From: Candidatus Moraniibacteriota bacterium
GTDB taxonomy: Bacteria; Patescibacteriota; Minisyncoccia; Moranbacterales; GCA-2747515
Reading direction: 5' to 3'
DNA length: 61,448 bases
Assembly: GCA_947311515.1 (NCBI GenBank)
Contig: CAMZLB010000025.1
Coordinates: forward strand, 1 to 61,448
The notes beneath the pieces were generated by a model. That model did no database searches. It saw only the letters and a list, made by a program, of their open reading frames with translations, and was not told where the DNA came from. Positions 38,070 to 48,407 of this stretch are shown here, one piece after another. How positions within the stretch are numbered: position 1 is the stretch's first letter; the number at the start of each line of letters is the position of its first letter. Both the position numbers and the translations under genes were made by a program.

Positions 38070-39314
38070 TTATTTTGGAGCTCTCCAAGCCTCCAATGTA
38101 GTAACACCCTTTTCTAGAGGTAGTGCATTCTTTCTATACCTATAAAAAAATTTTATTTTATTAGTATCTCCTCCTTTAAAGTATTGTACTACTTCTTCGT
38201 ATTTTTTCATATATCTAGGTAGCTCATAAAAAACTATTTTAGGACTTGTGTCCAAGCTACAATATGTCTGAGCGTATTTCTTATTTATTGAATAAATATA
38301 TGCTCCATTTCTGAATTTACATTCATAAACTGGCACAGAACCTTTTGCACTCTTTCTGAGTCCATAAAATGCAAACTTACCACCACTACTCTTTTTAGAG
38401 CTATATCTACTATTTCCCCCTTCAATAGAAACATAAATTTTTATTATATCTCTCTTTCTAAATTTTTTATTAACACTTACCCTTTTTTTTAAATCAAGAG
38501 CCTTACCTACAAGTGCCTTAACCAATGGTCTTCTAGTATGTTCTTTAATATTTGATTTACTACCTTTTTTTCGAAATTTCTTTTTCAACTTCTTTTTTTT
38601 TCGAAATTTCTTTTTCAACTTATTTTTTTTTCGAAATTTCTTTTTCAACTTATTTTTTTTTCGAAGTTTCTTTTTCAACTTATTTTTTTTTCGAAGTTTC
38701 TTTTTCAACTTCTTTTTGGTAACTTTTTTATTTATAGGATAATTTGAGCCGTTGCTCATTATTTTACTTGTATCCAAATGATGATTATCAGCTGCATTAC
38801 TATACTCACTGTAACTATTTTTGTTTTTGTGTACTGAAATATTATTATTAATAATATCTCTAACCAACACTATTTGAGAGAGCTTTTTATTTAGTTCTTT
38901 AATTTTTTTGGAGTTAATATCCATTATAACTCCAAATAATTCTACTCGATAAGTCTCTACGTATAACACTTTCTCAGGAAGACAGATACTAAGCATACTC
39001 TTGCCATATCCATTTGTCCATTTAACTGCCTTTATACTAGGCATTTTATCCAGAATCTCTGAAAACTCTGAACTAGCAAAGACCTTAAACTTGCCATTAC
39101 CACCCATATTTGAAATATCAAAGTCTAGTGAGTGGTTACACGAATCTAATTGTGCATTTTTTGAGATTGGCCTAATTGCTGCAGCTGTACTATTTATCTT
39201 AAAAACTCTTTCAAGATAAATGAATTTTTGATTTGATGAAGGGTTTTTTATAACACAACCATTCAAAAAAAACATCAGGCTTACTATTGTGAACAAAGTA
39301 TACTTATTTACCAC
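38070..39314 (-). CDS. Putative lipoprotein with a polybasic tandem repeat
   Basis: Lipobox FLNGC; (KLKKK[L/F]RKKN) about five times. Confidence 0.75.
   Translation of the reverse strand: MVNKYTLFTIVSLMFFLNGCVIKNPSSNQKFIYLERVFKINSTAAAIRPISKNAQLDSCNHSLDFDISNMGGNGKFKVFASSEFSEILDKMPSIKAVKWTNGYGKSMLSICLPEKVLYVETYRVELFGVIMDINSKKIKELNKKLSQIVLVRDIINNNISVHKNKNSYSEYSNAADNHHLDTSKIMSNGSNYPINKKVTKKKLKKKLRKKNKLKKKLRKKNKLKKKFRKKNKLKKKFRKKKKLKKKFRKKGSKSNIKEHTRRPLVKALVGKALDLKKRVSVNKKFRKRDIIKIYVSIEGGNSRYSSKKSSGGKFAFYGLRKSAKGSVPVYECKFRNGAYIYSINKKYAQTYCSLDTSPKIVFYELPRYMKKYEEVVQYFKGGDTNKIKFFYRYRKNALPLEKGVTTLEAWRAPK
38565..38717. repeat. 30-bp tandem repeat, about 5 copies, with T/A homopolymer runs of up to 9 nt
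   Basis: Units of TTTTTCAACTT(A/C)TTTTTTTTTCGAA(A/G)TTTC. Confidence 0.93.
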
Positions 39315-39427
39315 AATAAATCCTTTTTTTTAAAGTGCATATCTGTAAATTTACAAATATAGTGGACCACCTATATCTAACAACACAGACAATCCACATG
39401 TATTTAAAAATTAACATTTAGCACTAT

Positions 39428-40297
39428 CTAAAATTTTGCTATAAAAAAATCTTTATATTCTTTTTTAAAAATACTATTTACAAATTCCAATTCTTCTTCA
39501 GATTTAAAGATTCCAAAAGTTGTAGGTCCTTTTCCTGATATAGACGTTGACATCGCACCAAATGATTCCATTGCATTTTTTATTTCTTCTATCTTACAAC
39601 TTTTTTTCATAGCTGTCAAGGAAAAATCATTATATACATACTTAGCAACATCTTCAGAACTTTTTGCATCATTTTTCATAGTTAGTGCAATTTTTTTTCT
39701 CCTATTATCATTCATAAACCATTGAAGTTTATCTAATTGTTTATATGCCCATAGTGTACTAATTTCCACATTTGGAAAAACTACCAAAATATTTAATTTT
39801 GGAAAACCCTCTATAGTTATAACCTCTTCTCCTGCACCACTCACATAAGAAGCTATTGAATTATTCAAAAAAAATGGTATATCTTTTCCTATTTCTGAAG
39901 CAATCTCAACTAATTCTTTCTTAGATAATAAATTATTATAAAAATTATTAAGGACCAATAGAACACTAGCCCCATTTGAACTACCTCCTCCAAGTCCTGC
40001 AAGTGGCGGAATTCTCTTTTTTATATCAATAGTTATACCAACTTTTTTTCCAATTTTTTCAAAATATCTCTCAGCTATCATCCAGCATATATTTTTATTA
40101 TTAGTTGGAATACTTTTATCATCACATATAATATTTATTTTATCATTATCATGAGAAAACTCTATACAAATTTCATCATATAAATTTTTTGATTTTACAA
40201 ATACTGAATTAATTTCATGAAAACCATTTTTATATTTTTTAACAACTTCTAAGCATAGATTCAATTTTGCTGGAGATTTTATCTGAATATTTTTCAT
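39428..40297 (-). CDS. ispE: 4-diphosphocytidyl-2C-methyl-D-erythritol kinase
   Basis: SPAKLNLCL, KRIPPLAGLGGGSSN and G.DIPFF motifs. Confidence 0.92.
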   Translation of the reverse strand: MKNIQIKSPAKLNLCLEVVKKYKNGFHEINSVFVKSKNLYDEICIEFSHDNDKINIICDDKSIPTNNKNICWMIAERYFEKIGKKVGITIDIKKRIPPLAGLGGGSSNGASVLLVLNNFYNNLLSKKELVEIASEIGKDIPFFLNNSIASYVSGAGEEVITIEGFPKLNILVVFPNVEISTLWAYKQLDKLQWFMNDNRRKKIALTMKNDAKSSEDVAKYVYNDFSLTAMKKSCKIEEIKNAMESFGAMSTSISGKGPTTFGIFKSEEELEFVNSIFKKEYKDFFIAKF

Positions 40298-40312
40298 AAG
40301 ACAACAATTGTA

Positions 40313-40795
40313 CTATTTTTTTATAATACTAACAATTACAAAAACTTGAACTCCTTCTCCTCTTCCGAACGAAGTCATCCCTTCTCCTGTTGTAGCATTT
40401 ATTCCTATATTTTTTATATCTGTTTCCAATATTGGAGCTAAACATTTTTTCATTTTATCTTCAATCGGAAGAATTTTTGGGACTTTTGCTTCAATAGATA
40501 TTCCTATATTATTTATAATATACTTTGCTTCTTTCATGTGATTTACTGCAATTTTTAAGTATTCCTTACTATCTACAATTCCATTTTTGCACATATCATC
40601 TGCATAAGTAGAAAAATTTTTTCTACCCAAAGACTGCTCAATAGCTGCACATATTGCATGAACTACAACATCACCATCTGATAATCCTTTTAATCCTCTA
40701 GTTCCACAACTGGTTTCAATTCCACCCAAAACACATCTTTTACCATCTACAAAAGGATGTGAATCCTGTCCGATTCCTACTCTAATCATAAACAT
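40313..40795 (-). CDS. ispF: 2C-methyl-D-erythritol 2,4-cyclodiphosphate synthase
   Basis: RVGIGQDSH, SDGDVVVHA and ATTGEG...GRGEG motifs. Confidence 0.92.
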   Translation of the reverse strand: MFMIRVGIGQDSHPFVDGKRCVLGGIETSCGTRGLKGLSDGDVVVHAICAAIEQSLGRKNFSTYADDMCKNGIVDSKEYLKIAVNHMKEAKYIINNIGISIEAKVPKILPIEDKMKKCLAPILETDIKNIGINATTGEGMTSFGRGEGVQVFVIVSIIKK

Positions 40796-40803
40796 TTTGT
40801 AAA

Positions 40804-41505
40804 TTATTTTTTTCTATTTAATATAACCTTTGCTAATTCCAAATCAATCGGAGTTGTTATCTTAAAATTATTATCTGACGCTTCTACTATCTTAACATTT
40901 TTTCCATAATTTTCAACAATTGAACAATCATCAGTACCCTCAAAGCCACTTTGAAACGCATATTCAAAAGATTCTTTTGCTAAATCCAATTGTATAGCTT
41001 GAGGTGTTTGCATATTCCACAATCCACTCCTATCAATAACTCCTTTTGAAAATTTGTTTTCATCAACCTTCCGTATAGTATCCTTTGTTTTATGAGCTAC
41101 TGCAGCTGCACCATTATTTTTTGAACCTGTTATGACATTTTTTATTTCCTCAGAAGCTATAAATGGATTGGCACCATTATGAAATATAAGTGTGGCGTTT
41201 TTGATATCCTTATATTTTTTATACACAAATTTAACACCCTCGTAAGCTGATTGTTGCCTAGTATTTATACCACCAATAATTATACTAGAAATTTTTTTAA
41301 ATTTATATTTATCTATAATTTCTTGCATATATTTAATCTCATTTTTTTTAGAGACTATGACAATTTCATCTACATATTCAGATAACTCGAAACTTCGTAT
41401 TGCATAAGTGATAAGTGGCTTATTGTCTAATTCTAAAAATATTTTATTTTTACCAGCTTTCATCCTACTCCCAATTCCAGATGCTAAAATCAACACTACA
41501 TTCAT
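40804..41505 (-). CDS. ispD: 2C-methyl-D-erythritol 4-phosphate cytidylyltransferase
   Basis: LASGIGSRM, TRQQS, QTPQ, TDD and NFKITTP.DL motifs. Confidence 0.92.
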   Translation of the reverse strand: MNVVLILASGIGSRMKAGKNKIFLELDNKPLITYAIRSFELSEYVDEIVIVSKKNEIKYMQEIIDKYKFKKISSIIIGGINTRQQSAYEGVKFVYKKYKDIKNATLIFHNGANPFIASEEIKNVITGSKNNGAAAVAHKTKDTIRKVDENKFSKGVIDRSGLWNMQTPQAIQLDLAKESFEYAFQSGFEGTDDCSIVENYGKNVKIVEASDNNFKITTPIDLELAKVILNRKK

Positions 41506-41579
41506 AAGAAATTTTACTAATTATAAATATATTGTACAATACTTTCATCGTAATCTCCAATAAAATTTAAAATAGCTAT

Positions 41580-42344
41580 CTAAAGTTCCTCAGACCTATT
41601 TTTTGCGGAAGTTATAACCTCACTTAAAGATTGACTAATCTTATTTTTTTTAAATGTTTTCAGTCCTGCTTCAGTTGTGCCTCCCTTGCTAGTTATCTTT
41701 TTTATAAGTTCTTCTATACTATTATCATAACAATTTTTTTCTAAATATTTTTTAGTTCCTGATAGTAAGTTTATTATCATTTCATTTACTTTATCCTCAC
41801 TTACCCCCAACTCCTCAGTTCTAAATTTAAATGTATCCAAAACTTCGAGTATAAATGCTGGGCCACTTCCATAAAGTGCTGTAAACAAATCAAAATCTTC
41901 CTCATTAATTTCAGCTATAACTCCCATTTTTTTTATTTCTGTCTTTACATTATGTACAATTTCATTATCACAATTTGCACAAAAAGCAGTAACAGATTCA
42001 CCATATTCAATAGCAAGATTCGGCATTACACGTACAATACTAACATCATTATTCAAATAACTTTCTATAAAACTTATTTTTTTTCCTGCAATTATAGATA
42101 CAATCAATTTATTTTCAAAATTTTCATTTGCAAGCTTTGTAAGTATTTCTGGTATAATCTGTGGTTTAACGCATAACCATATTACATCAGAAAATTCCAC
42201 TAATTCATTTATAGAACTAACTAATTCTATATCTTTATATTTACTACTTTTGGATATATACTTAAAATTATTTTTTTTATTTTTTTTAAGACCTTTATGA
42301 ATTGCCTTTGCCATATTTCCAAATCCTATAAAACCATGTTTCAT
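41580..42344 (-). CDS. proC: Pyrroline-5-carboxylate reductase
   Basis: GFIGFGNM, VKPQ, RVMPN, GSGPAF and TSKGGTT motifs. Confidence 0.93.
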   Translation of the reverse strand: MKHGFIGFGNMAKAIHKGLKKNKKNNFKYISKSSKYKDIELVSSINELVEFSDVIWLCVKPQIIPEILTKLANENFENKLIVSIIAGKKISFIESYLNNDVSIVRVMPNLAIEYGESVTAFCANCDNEIVHNVKTEIKKMGVIAEINEEDFDLFTALYGSGPAFILEVLDTFKFRTEELGVSEDKVNEMIINLLSGTKKYLEKNCYDNSIEELIKKITSKGGTTEAGLKTFKKNKISQSLSEVITSAKNRSEEL

Positions 42345-42346
42345 AA

Positions 42347-43117
42347 TTATATTTTAAACTTTGTAAATTTAATCTTTCCAACAAGTGCATCATTCAAAAA
42401 ATTATCTTTTCCACCATTTACAATCCAAGTTTCTATGTTTTTATCTCTACAAATTTCCATAGCTTCAATTTTTGATGTCATGCCTCCAGTTCCTAAATCT
42501 GACTCAATATCCTCTACAAACTGAGTCAAGTTGTCTAATTTTGTGATATTCTCTATGAGCCTTGCATCATTATTTGTATTTGGATTACTATCAAAAAGTC
42601 CGTCAATGTCCGAAGCAATTACTAGCAAGTCTGCATCAACCACACTAGCTACAAGTGCTGACAATTTATCATTATCTCCAAGTATTATTTCTTCTATTGC
42701 TATAGTATCATTCTCATTCACAATTGGGATATAATTAAATTCCAATAGTTTATTTAACGTATTTCTAGAGTTAACTTTTGCCGTTTTATCCAAAAATTCC
42801 CTATTTGTCATAAGACATTGAGCAATATTTAATCCAAAGTTTTCAAAAATTTTCTCAAAAATACCAAATAATTTAGGCTGACCAATTGCAGACATTGCTT
42901 GCTTTGAATCAACCTTATTATCATATCCTTTAATATTTACAAACTGTTTTGCTGTTGCTATTGCTCCTGATGATACAATTATTATGTCGCATATATCATT
43001 AAGTTTAGAAATTTGTCTTGCTATATCTTCAATTTTTCCATAAGAAATCCTATTACCTCCTTTTGTGAGGGTAGAAGTACCTATTTTTAATACTATTTTT
43101 TTCTTCATATTTTTCAT
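42347..43117 (-). CDS. proB: Glutamate 5-kinase (no PUA domain)
   Basis: KIGTS, SSGAI, NENDT, GDND.LSA and GTGGM.SK motifs. Confidence 0.93.
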   Translation of the reverse strand: MKNMKKKIVLKIGTSTLTKGGNRISYGKIEDIARQISKLNDICDIIIVSSGAIATAKQFVNIKGYDNKVDSKQAMSAIGQPKLFGIFEKIFENFGLNIAQCLMTNREFLDKTAKVNSRNTLNKLLEFNYIPIVNENDTIAIEEIILGDNDKLSALVASVVDADLLVIASDIDGLFDSNPNTNNDARLIENITKLDNLTQFVEDIESDLGTGGMTSKIEAMEICRDKNIETWIVNGGKDNFLNDALVGKIKFTKFKI

Positions 43118-44305
43118 TTAACTCCTTATTTGTCCATTTCCCGATATATACCATTTATTAGTAACTAACTGATTAAGTCCTATAGGGCCTCTAAAGTGGA
43201 GCTTTTGCGTACTTATTGCAATTTCTGCTCCAAATCCCCATTGACCTCCATCAGTAAATCTAGTTGAAACATTGTGATAAACTGCTGCACAATCAACTAT
43301 ATCTTGAAACATTTTTGCATTATTCATATCAGATGAGATAATAGTTGCAGAATGTCCTCCTGAGTATTTATTTATAATCTCAGCTGCATTTTTTACATCG
43401 GAAGCTAAAGATAAATAAATTTTAGCAGATAAAAATTCTTCTCCTAAAATTTCATCTTCCATTACAAATTTAACTCTCCTATCCATATCACAAACCTTCT
43501 GACTACCTATAACCTCTATTTTATTCTTTATTAATTCTTCTATAAGAGTTTTTAACTTTGATTCTAAATCGTCCATTTTTTCATCCAATAAAACCTTGTC
43601 AAGTGCATTACATACACTTATTCTAGACTTTCCATTTAATATAATCTTAGTTGCCATATCAAAATTTGCAAATCTATCTACAAACAAAAAGTTATTTCCT
43701 CTTCCACTTACAAGCATTGGTAAATCTGTATTTTTTTTCACAAAATTTATAAGACCTGCTCCTCCTCTCGGTATGATCAAATCTACATTTTCCATATTTT
43801 GTTTTATCATTTCCTGAAATTCTTTTCTACTTAAATCAAGATATTTTACAATTCCTGTATCCAACCCAACACTTTCAAGAGATTCTTTCCATAAATCTAC
43901 TAAAATTTTATTAGAATATCTTGCCTCACTTCCTCCTTTTAAAAGAACTTTATTTCCTGCTTTAAATGCAAGAATCGAAGCTTCTATCGTCACATCAGGT
44001 CTTGATTCATATATTATCAAAATATTTCCAAATGCAACGGATGTATTTTTTACCACCATTTTATTATCATGCACATATTCATATAAAATTTTTCCCTCAG
44101 GATCTTCAAATGTAATAGTTTTTTCCACTGACTCAATCATTCCGTCAATTTTATCCTCATTTATTTTCAACCTATCTAACAAAGACTCACTAATATTTTC
44201 ACAATTTTCAATATCTTTTTTATTTTTATTTATTATTTCTTTCTTGTTTTCTTGAAGTAACCTTGCTAAATTTTTTAACACTTTATTTTTTTTGCTAGTT
44301 TTCAT
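43118..44305 (-). CDS. proA: Gamma-glutamyl phosphate reductase
   Basis: IYESRP, LKGGSEA, IPRGG, VCNALD and STRFTDGG.WGFGAEI motifs. Confidence 0.93.
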   Translation of the reverse strand: MKTSKKNKVLKNLARLLQENKKEIINKNKKDIENCENISESLLDRLKINEDKIDGMIESVEKTITFEDPEGKILYEYVHDNKMVVKNTSVAFGNILIIYESRPDVTIEASILAFKAGNKVLLKGGSEARYSNKILVDLWKESLESVGLDTGIVKYLDLSRKEFQEMIKQNMENVDLIIPRGGAGLINFVKKNTDLPMLVSGRGNNFLFVDRFANFDMATKIILNGKSRISVCNALDKVLLDEKMDDLESKLKTLIEELIKNKIEVIGSQKVCDMDRRVKFVMEDEILGEEFLSAKIYLSLASDVKNAAEIINKYSGGHSATIISSDMNNAKMFQDIVDCAAVYHNVSTRFTDGGQWGFGAEIAISTQKLHFRGPIGLNQLVTNKWYISGNGQIRS

Positions 44306-44333
44306 ACATCTCTAATTAATTTATTTATAATAA

Positions 44334-44379
44334 AAAATCTACCTCACACACTGTTAACTCAGGGGTGAAAGTAGATTAA
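44334..44379 (-). terminator. Terminator-like hairpin between gdh and proA
   Basis: Minus strand AATCTACTTTCAC...GTGAGGTAGATT followed by a T tract. Confidence 0.55.
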
Positions 44380-44396
44380 TTTGAAAGCTCAACTAT

Positions 44397-45677
44397 TTAA
44401 TTTACATTAACATTTTTTATCACTCTAGTTATTGCAATCTTATTGGCTGCTTTTCTAAGTGACAAATTCTCTTTCTGTGCTAAATCTTTTATTTTATAAA
44501 AGGCGCCTACTATCCTTTCTTTTAACTTTCTATTCACTTCCTCAAGTGTCCAATGCTCTCCCTTTAAATTCTGCTCCCATTCAAAATATGATACAATCAC
44601 ACCTCCAGAATTTGCGATGAGTCCTGGTATAACACTAATTCCATTTGACTCTAAAACTTTTTCTACATTTGGCAAAATGGGACCATTTGCTAATTCCAAT
44701 ATTTTAGTAGCTCTTATATCTTCTACATTTTCTGAGTTAATAACACCACCAAGAGCAGCGGGGACTAGTAAGTCCACACTTAATTCAAGCAATTCTTCAT
44801 TTGAAATTTTATCACCTTTCAGTGAATTAATCCTTCCTACTTTTTTACCATCTTTATACAACTCATCCATAATTTCAGTTATATTCAAACCGCTATCATC
44901 ATAAACTCCACCAGATGAATCTGAAATTGCTACAACTTTATATCCATTTTCATACAATAATTCTGCCATAACTGCTCCTGCATTTCCAAAACCTTGAATT
45001 GCTACTGAAATATTTTTCTTATCTTCCGTATCTTTATATTCCTCATTAAGTAAATAAAATCCACCCATAGCTGTCGACTTATCTCTACCTTCTGAACCTC
45101 CATCAGCTACCGGCTTTCCTGTTATAAAGGCTGGTGACTTTTCTCCTGCAATTTTTTCATATTCATCAAGCATCCAACTCATAATTTCAGGATTTGTATT
45201 TACATCTGGTGCTGGAACATCTTTTTTTGGACCAATTGCATCAAATAACTCCCTTACATATCCTCTAGAAATTTTTTCTAATTCTACCTTTGAATATTTT
45301 TTTGGATTTATCCTAATACCTCCTTTTGCTCCACCGAAAGGCAATCCTGTTACAGAAGTTTTTAACATCATACCAAAAGCAAGTTCAGATACTTCGTCCA
45401 AATCAACGTCTTGATGAAATCTAATTCCTCCTTTTCCTGGACCTAAATTTAAATTATACTGAACTCTGTAAGCTGTAATTATTTCTATACTTCCATCGTC
45501 CTTCACTATAGGATAATTAACTTGAAATACTTTTTGTGGATGCTTAACAAGTAATAATTCTACCTTACTCATAACTCCTTGTTTTTTTATGTTTTCAATT
45601 TCAATTTTGCAATTATTACAAAATATCAATTCATTTTCTGAATAAACCATATTTTTATTTACTTTTTTAATACTCAT
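44397..45677 (-). CDS. gdhA: Glu/Leu/Phe/Val dehydrogenase (glutamate dehydrogenase)
   Basis: GPGKGGIRF, GGAKGG, DVPAPD, QGFGNAG and ANSGGV motifs. Confidence 0.9.
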   Translation of the reverse strand: MSIKKVNKNMVYSENELIFCNNCKIEIENIKKQGVMSKVELLLVKHPQKVFQVNYPIVKDDGSIEIITAYRVQYNLNLGPGKGGIRFHQDVDLDEVSELAFGMMLKTSVTGLPFGGAKGGIRINPKKYSKVELEKISRGYVRELFDAIGPKKDVPAPDVNTNPEIMSWMLDEYEKIAGEKSPAFITGKPVADGGSEGRDKSTAMGGFYLLNEEYKDTEDKKNISVAIQGFGNAGAVMAELLYENGYKVVAISDSSGGVYDDSGLNITEIMDELYKDGKKVGRINSLKGDKISNEELLELSVDLLVPAALGGVINSENVEDIRATKILELANGPILPNVEKVLESNGISVIPGLIANSGGVIVSYFEWEQNLKGEHWTLEEVNRKLKERIVGAFYKIKDLAQKENLSLRKAANKIAITRVIKNVNVN

Positions 45678-45738
45678 TACATATACATAATACTATCTTA
45701 ATCATAATAAATCCATACATTATGATATTATATGAATT

Positions 45739-46935
45739 TTACTTTTTTTTCAAACTCTTTTTAATTTCTATATAAGCTAATCTAAACGATTTACCATCAT
45801 TTACTAAATCATAAACATCTTCAGTAACAAATAAGTCTTTAGTCATAGCTTTCCTTAAATTTTCTTTATTAAAAATTAAATTTTCAGTAACCAATGTCAA
45901 TACTTCAATAATTTCATTTAAATTATCCACTTGTTCTACAAAAATTTCCTTCGTAAGTTGAACATCTCTATTATATCCAGATATAAGTTGGATACATATA
46001 TTTTGCAATTCAGCTTGAGCTGAAAAATATCTATTCATCCTACCTCTTGCAATTTCTAGTACATCATAATTTCTTTTCTGAGGCATTATTGAACTTCCTG
46101 TAGTAAAATTCTCTGGTAATGATACAAACTCAAATTCTTGCATAGTAAACAAAAGCATATCATTTACAAATCTAGACAAAATTAAAATTGAAGGTGCATA
46201 TGTTTGTAAAAATTGATTTTCGAAATGCCCCCTAGAAATTCCACAATACATCGGGTTTCTTTGCACTTTTTTAAATCCCAGTTCATTACTTGTAAAATCT
46301 TGATTATTGTCAAAATTTGTAATTCCAAATCCACTAGCTGATCCCAGGGGTGACTGATTTAATAACTCATCCAGTGCTTCAAAAAATGGTTTTTGATCAC
46401 TGAGTGCAGCAGAAAAACTTCCAAGCCACATAAAGACATCAGATGGCATTGCTTTTTGTGCGTGAGTATATCCTGGCATTTTTAGATTTCTATTATTTTT
46501 TGCTACAGAATTAAACACTTTTTGTAAATTGTCTAGCTTTTGAACAATTTTTTTAGATTCCTCTTTCATATACAATCTAAGCATTACTAAAGCTTGATCA
46601 TTTCTACTCCTTCCAGTATGAATCTTTTTTCCGATCTCTCCATACTTTTCTGTCAAAAACTGCTCGATTGCAGTATGTCCATCTTCCTGTTCTTGAGTTA
46701 TATCAAATTTTCCTTGCTCCCAAAGTTCTAAAATTTCATCCAATCCTTTTATTGCATTTTTATAATCTGCATCTGATAGTATCTTTTTTTCTTTTAACAT
46801 CTTTGCATGAGCCTTTGAAGCTTTTACATCGTACGACAATAATTTTCTATCAAGCAAATAATCATTTCCTATTGTAAATTTCTCCACAACAGGATGTAAT
46901 CCATTGTCTATTTCCCATAATTTCTTTTTTGTCAT
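45739..46935 (-). CDS. argH: Argininosuccinate lyase
   Basis: HTGRSRNDQ, PGYTH.Q and TGSSIMPQKRN motifs. Confidence 0.95.
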   Translation of the reverse strand: MTKKKLWEIDNGLHPVVEKFTIGNDYLLDRKLLSYDVKASKAHAKMLKEKKILSDADYKNAIKGLDEILELWEQGKFDITQEQEDGHTAIEQFLTEKYGEIGKKIHTGRSRNDQALVMLRLYMKEESKKIVQKLDNLQKVFNSVAKNNRNLKMPGYTHAQKAMPSDVFMWLGSFSAALSDQKPFFEALDELLNQSPLGSASGFGITNFDNNQDFTSNELGFKKVQRNPMYCGISRGHFENQFLQTYAPSILILSRFVNDMLLFTMQEFEFVSLPENFTTGSSIMPQKRNYDVLEIARGRMNRYFSAQAELQNICIQLISGYNRDVQLTKEIFVEQVDNLNEIIEVLTLVTENLIFNKENLRKAMTKDLFVTEDVYDLVNDGKSFRLAYIEIKKSLKKK

Positions 46936-46962
46936 ATTTATATATTAAATCAATAACAACTT

Positions 46963-48222
46963 TTATTTTTTAAAATCAAATGAATTATAAGCAGTTTTTT
47001 GTGCTAAATTCCATATTTCTATAAATCCTGCAGAAGAATTCTGGTTAAATTTTGAATTTTTATCAAATGTTGCTAAACTCTCATCAAATAATGAATATGG
47101 AGAATCAAGTGAAACTATAGTGCAATTTCCTTTATATAGCTCAACTTGAACATTTCCTGTAACCTTTTTATTTTGAGAATCTTGATATGCAATAATATGT
47201 CTCATCACAGGATCAAACCACTTAGCAGCATACGCAAGATATGCCCATTTTTGATCTATTAAAGTCTTAAATTCATTCTCTTCTCTAGTTGATACAAGCA
47301 TTTCAAGCTTTTTGTGAGCTGAAACAAGAATATGTGCTGCTGGATTTTCGTATATTCCACGCACTTTAAGCCCTACAAATCTATCCTCTATAAGATTAAA
47401 ATATCCAACACCATGACTTGCTCCAATAGTATTACATTTACTCACAATTTTTGAAAGTTTCATTTTTTCTCCATTAACAGCAACAGGAATACCTTCTTTA
47501 AATTCTATATCTATTATTTCACTTTCATTTTTTGCCTGTTTTTGTGTTTTACACCACTTCAATATATTTTCTATTGGTGGCACAAGTCTAGGGTCCTCTA
47601 TTTCTCCTCCTTCTCCTGTATTTCCCCACATATTCTCATCATAAGAATATGGACTTTTAGATGTTTGAATTACTGGAATATTATTTTTCCTTGCATATTC
47701 AATCTGTTCATTTCTACCCATTGACCATTCTCTAACTGGAGCTATAGTTTTAATTTTTGGATTTAATGTGGTTATATAACCCTCAAATCTCACCTGATCA
47801 TTTCCTTTCCCTGTACAACCATGTGCTATAACTTCACAATTATACTTTTTTGCCATTTTTACAGCTATTTCTGATATTATGACTCTACCAAGTGGAGTAG
47901 AAAGTGCATAACCTCCTTGATAATCAGCATTAGCCTTTATTGCACTAGATAAAAGATCATCTGCAAATTCCTCTTTTGCATCATAAATAACTGCGTCACT
48001 AGCTCCTAATTTTATAGCCTTCTCTTTTATAATATCTAAATCATCAGCTGTTTGTCCTATATCAATTGTTAATGCTATAACCTCAGACTTATATTCATCC
48101 TGAATCCACTTTAGCATTGTAGAAGTATCTAATCCTCCCGAATACAATAATAAACATTTTTTAAATTCTCCTTTTTTTGCTTCATGTGAAGCAATTTTCT
48201 TATAACTAGTTACTGATTTCAT
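46963..48222 (-). CDS. argG: Argininosuccinate synthase
   Basis: YSGGLDTS, HGCTGKGNDQVRFE and YSYDENMWG motifs. Confidence 0.96.
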   Translation of the reverse strand: MKSVTSYKKIASHEAKKGEFKKCLLLYSGGLDTSTMLKWIQDEYKSEVIALTIDIGQTADDLDIIKEKAIKLGASDAVIYDAKEEFADDLLSSAIKANADYQGGYALSTPLGRVIISEIAVKMAKKYNCEVIAHGCTGKGNDQVRFEGYITTLNPKIKTIAPVREWSMGRNEQIEYARKNNIPVIQTSKSPYSYDENMWGNTGEGGEIEDPRLVPPIENILKWCKTQKQAKNESEIIDIEFKEGIPVAVNGEKMKLSKIVSKCNTIGASHGVGYFNLIEDRFVGLKVRGIYENPAAHILVSAHKKLEMLVSTREENEFKTLIDQKWAYLAYAAKWFDPVMRHIIAYQDSQNKKVTGNVQVELYKGNCTIVSLDSPYSLFDESLATFDKNSKFNQNSSAGFIEIWNLAQKTAYNSFDFKK

Positions 48223-48242
48223 AATATTATAATTTATCTAAT

Positions 48243-48269
48243 AAAAAACCCACTTTAATAAAAAGTAGG
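48243..48269 (-). terminator. Attenuator terminator in the argG leader
   Basis: Minus strand CCTACTTT-ttatt-AAAGTGGG-TTTTTT. Confidence 0.75.
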
Positions 48270-48297
48270 CGAAATTCAACAAAACAAAAACGCCCGT

Positions 48298-48348
48298 CTA
48301 TATGCGACGTGGAAACAAACCCTTAATCATTGTATTTCGCTTATTCAT
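48298..48348 (-). CDS. Putative Arg-sensing leader peptide MNKRNTMIKGLFPRRI
   Basis: 16 codons including CGA and tandem CGT-CGC just before the TAG; lies between the promoter and the terminator. Confidence 0.7.
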   Translation of the reverse strand: MNKRNTMIKGLFPRRI

Positions 48349-48354
48349 AATTCT

Positions 48355-48383
48355 ATTATACAGTTAATTCTCCAAAATGTAAA
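48355..48383 (-). promoter_or_regulatory. Sigma70 promoter of the arg operon leader
   Basis: TTTACA-17nt-TATAAT; the leader ATG lies 6 nt downstream. Confidence 0.72.
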
Positions 48384-48407
48384 TAAAAGACCTTTTACAA
48401 GAGTGCT

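Noticed and set aside
38565..38717. CRISPR array
   Set aside because: The 30-bp units are directly adjacent with no spacers, lie in frame within a CDS, and no cas genes are present.
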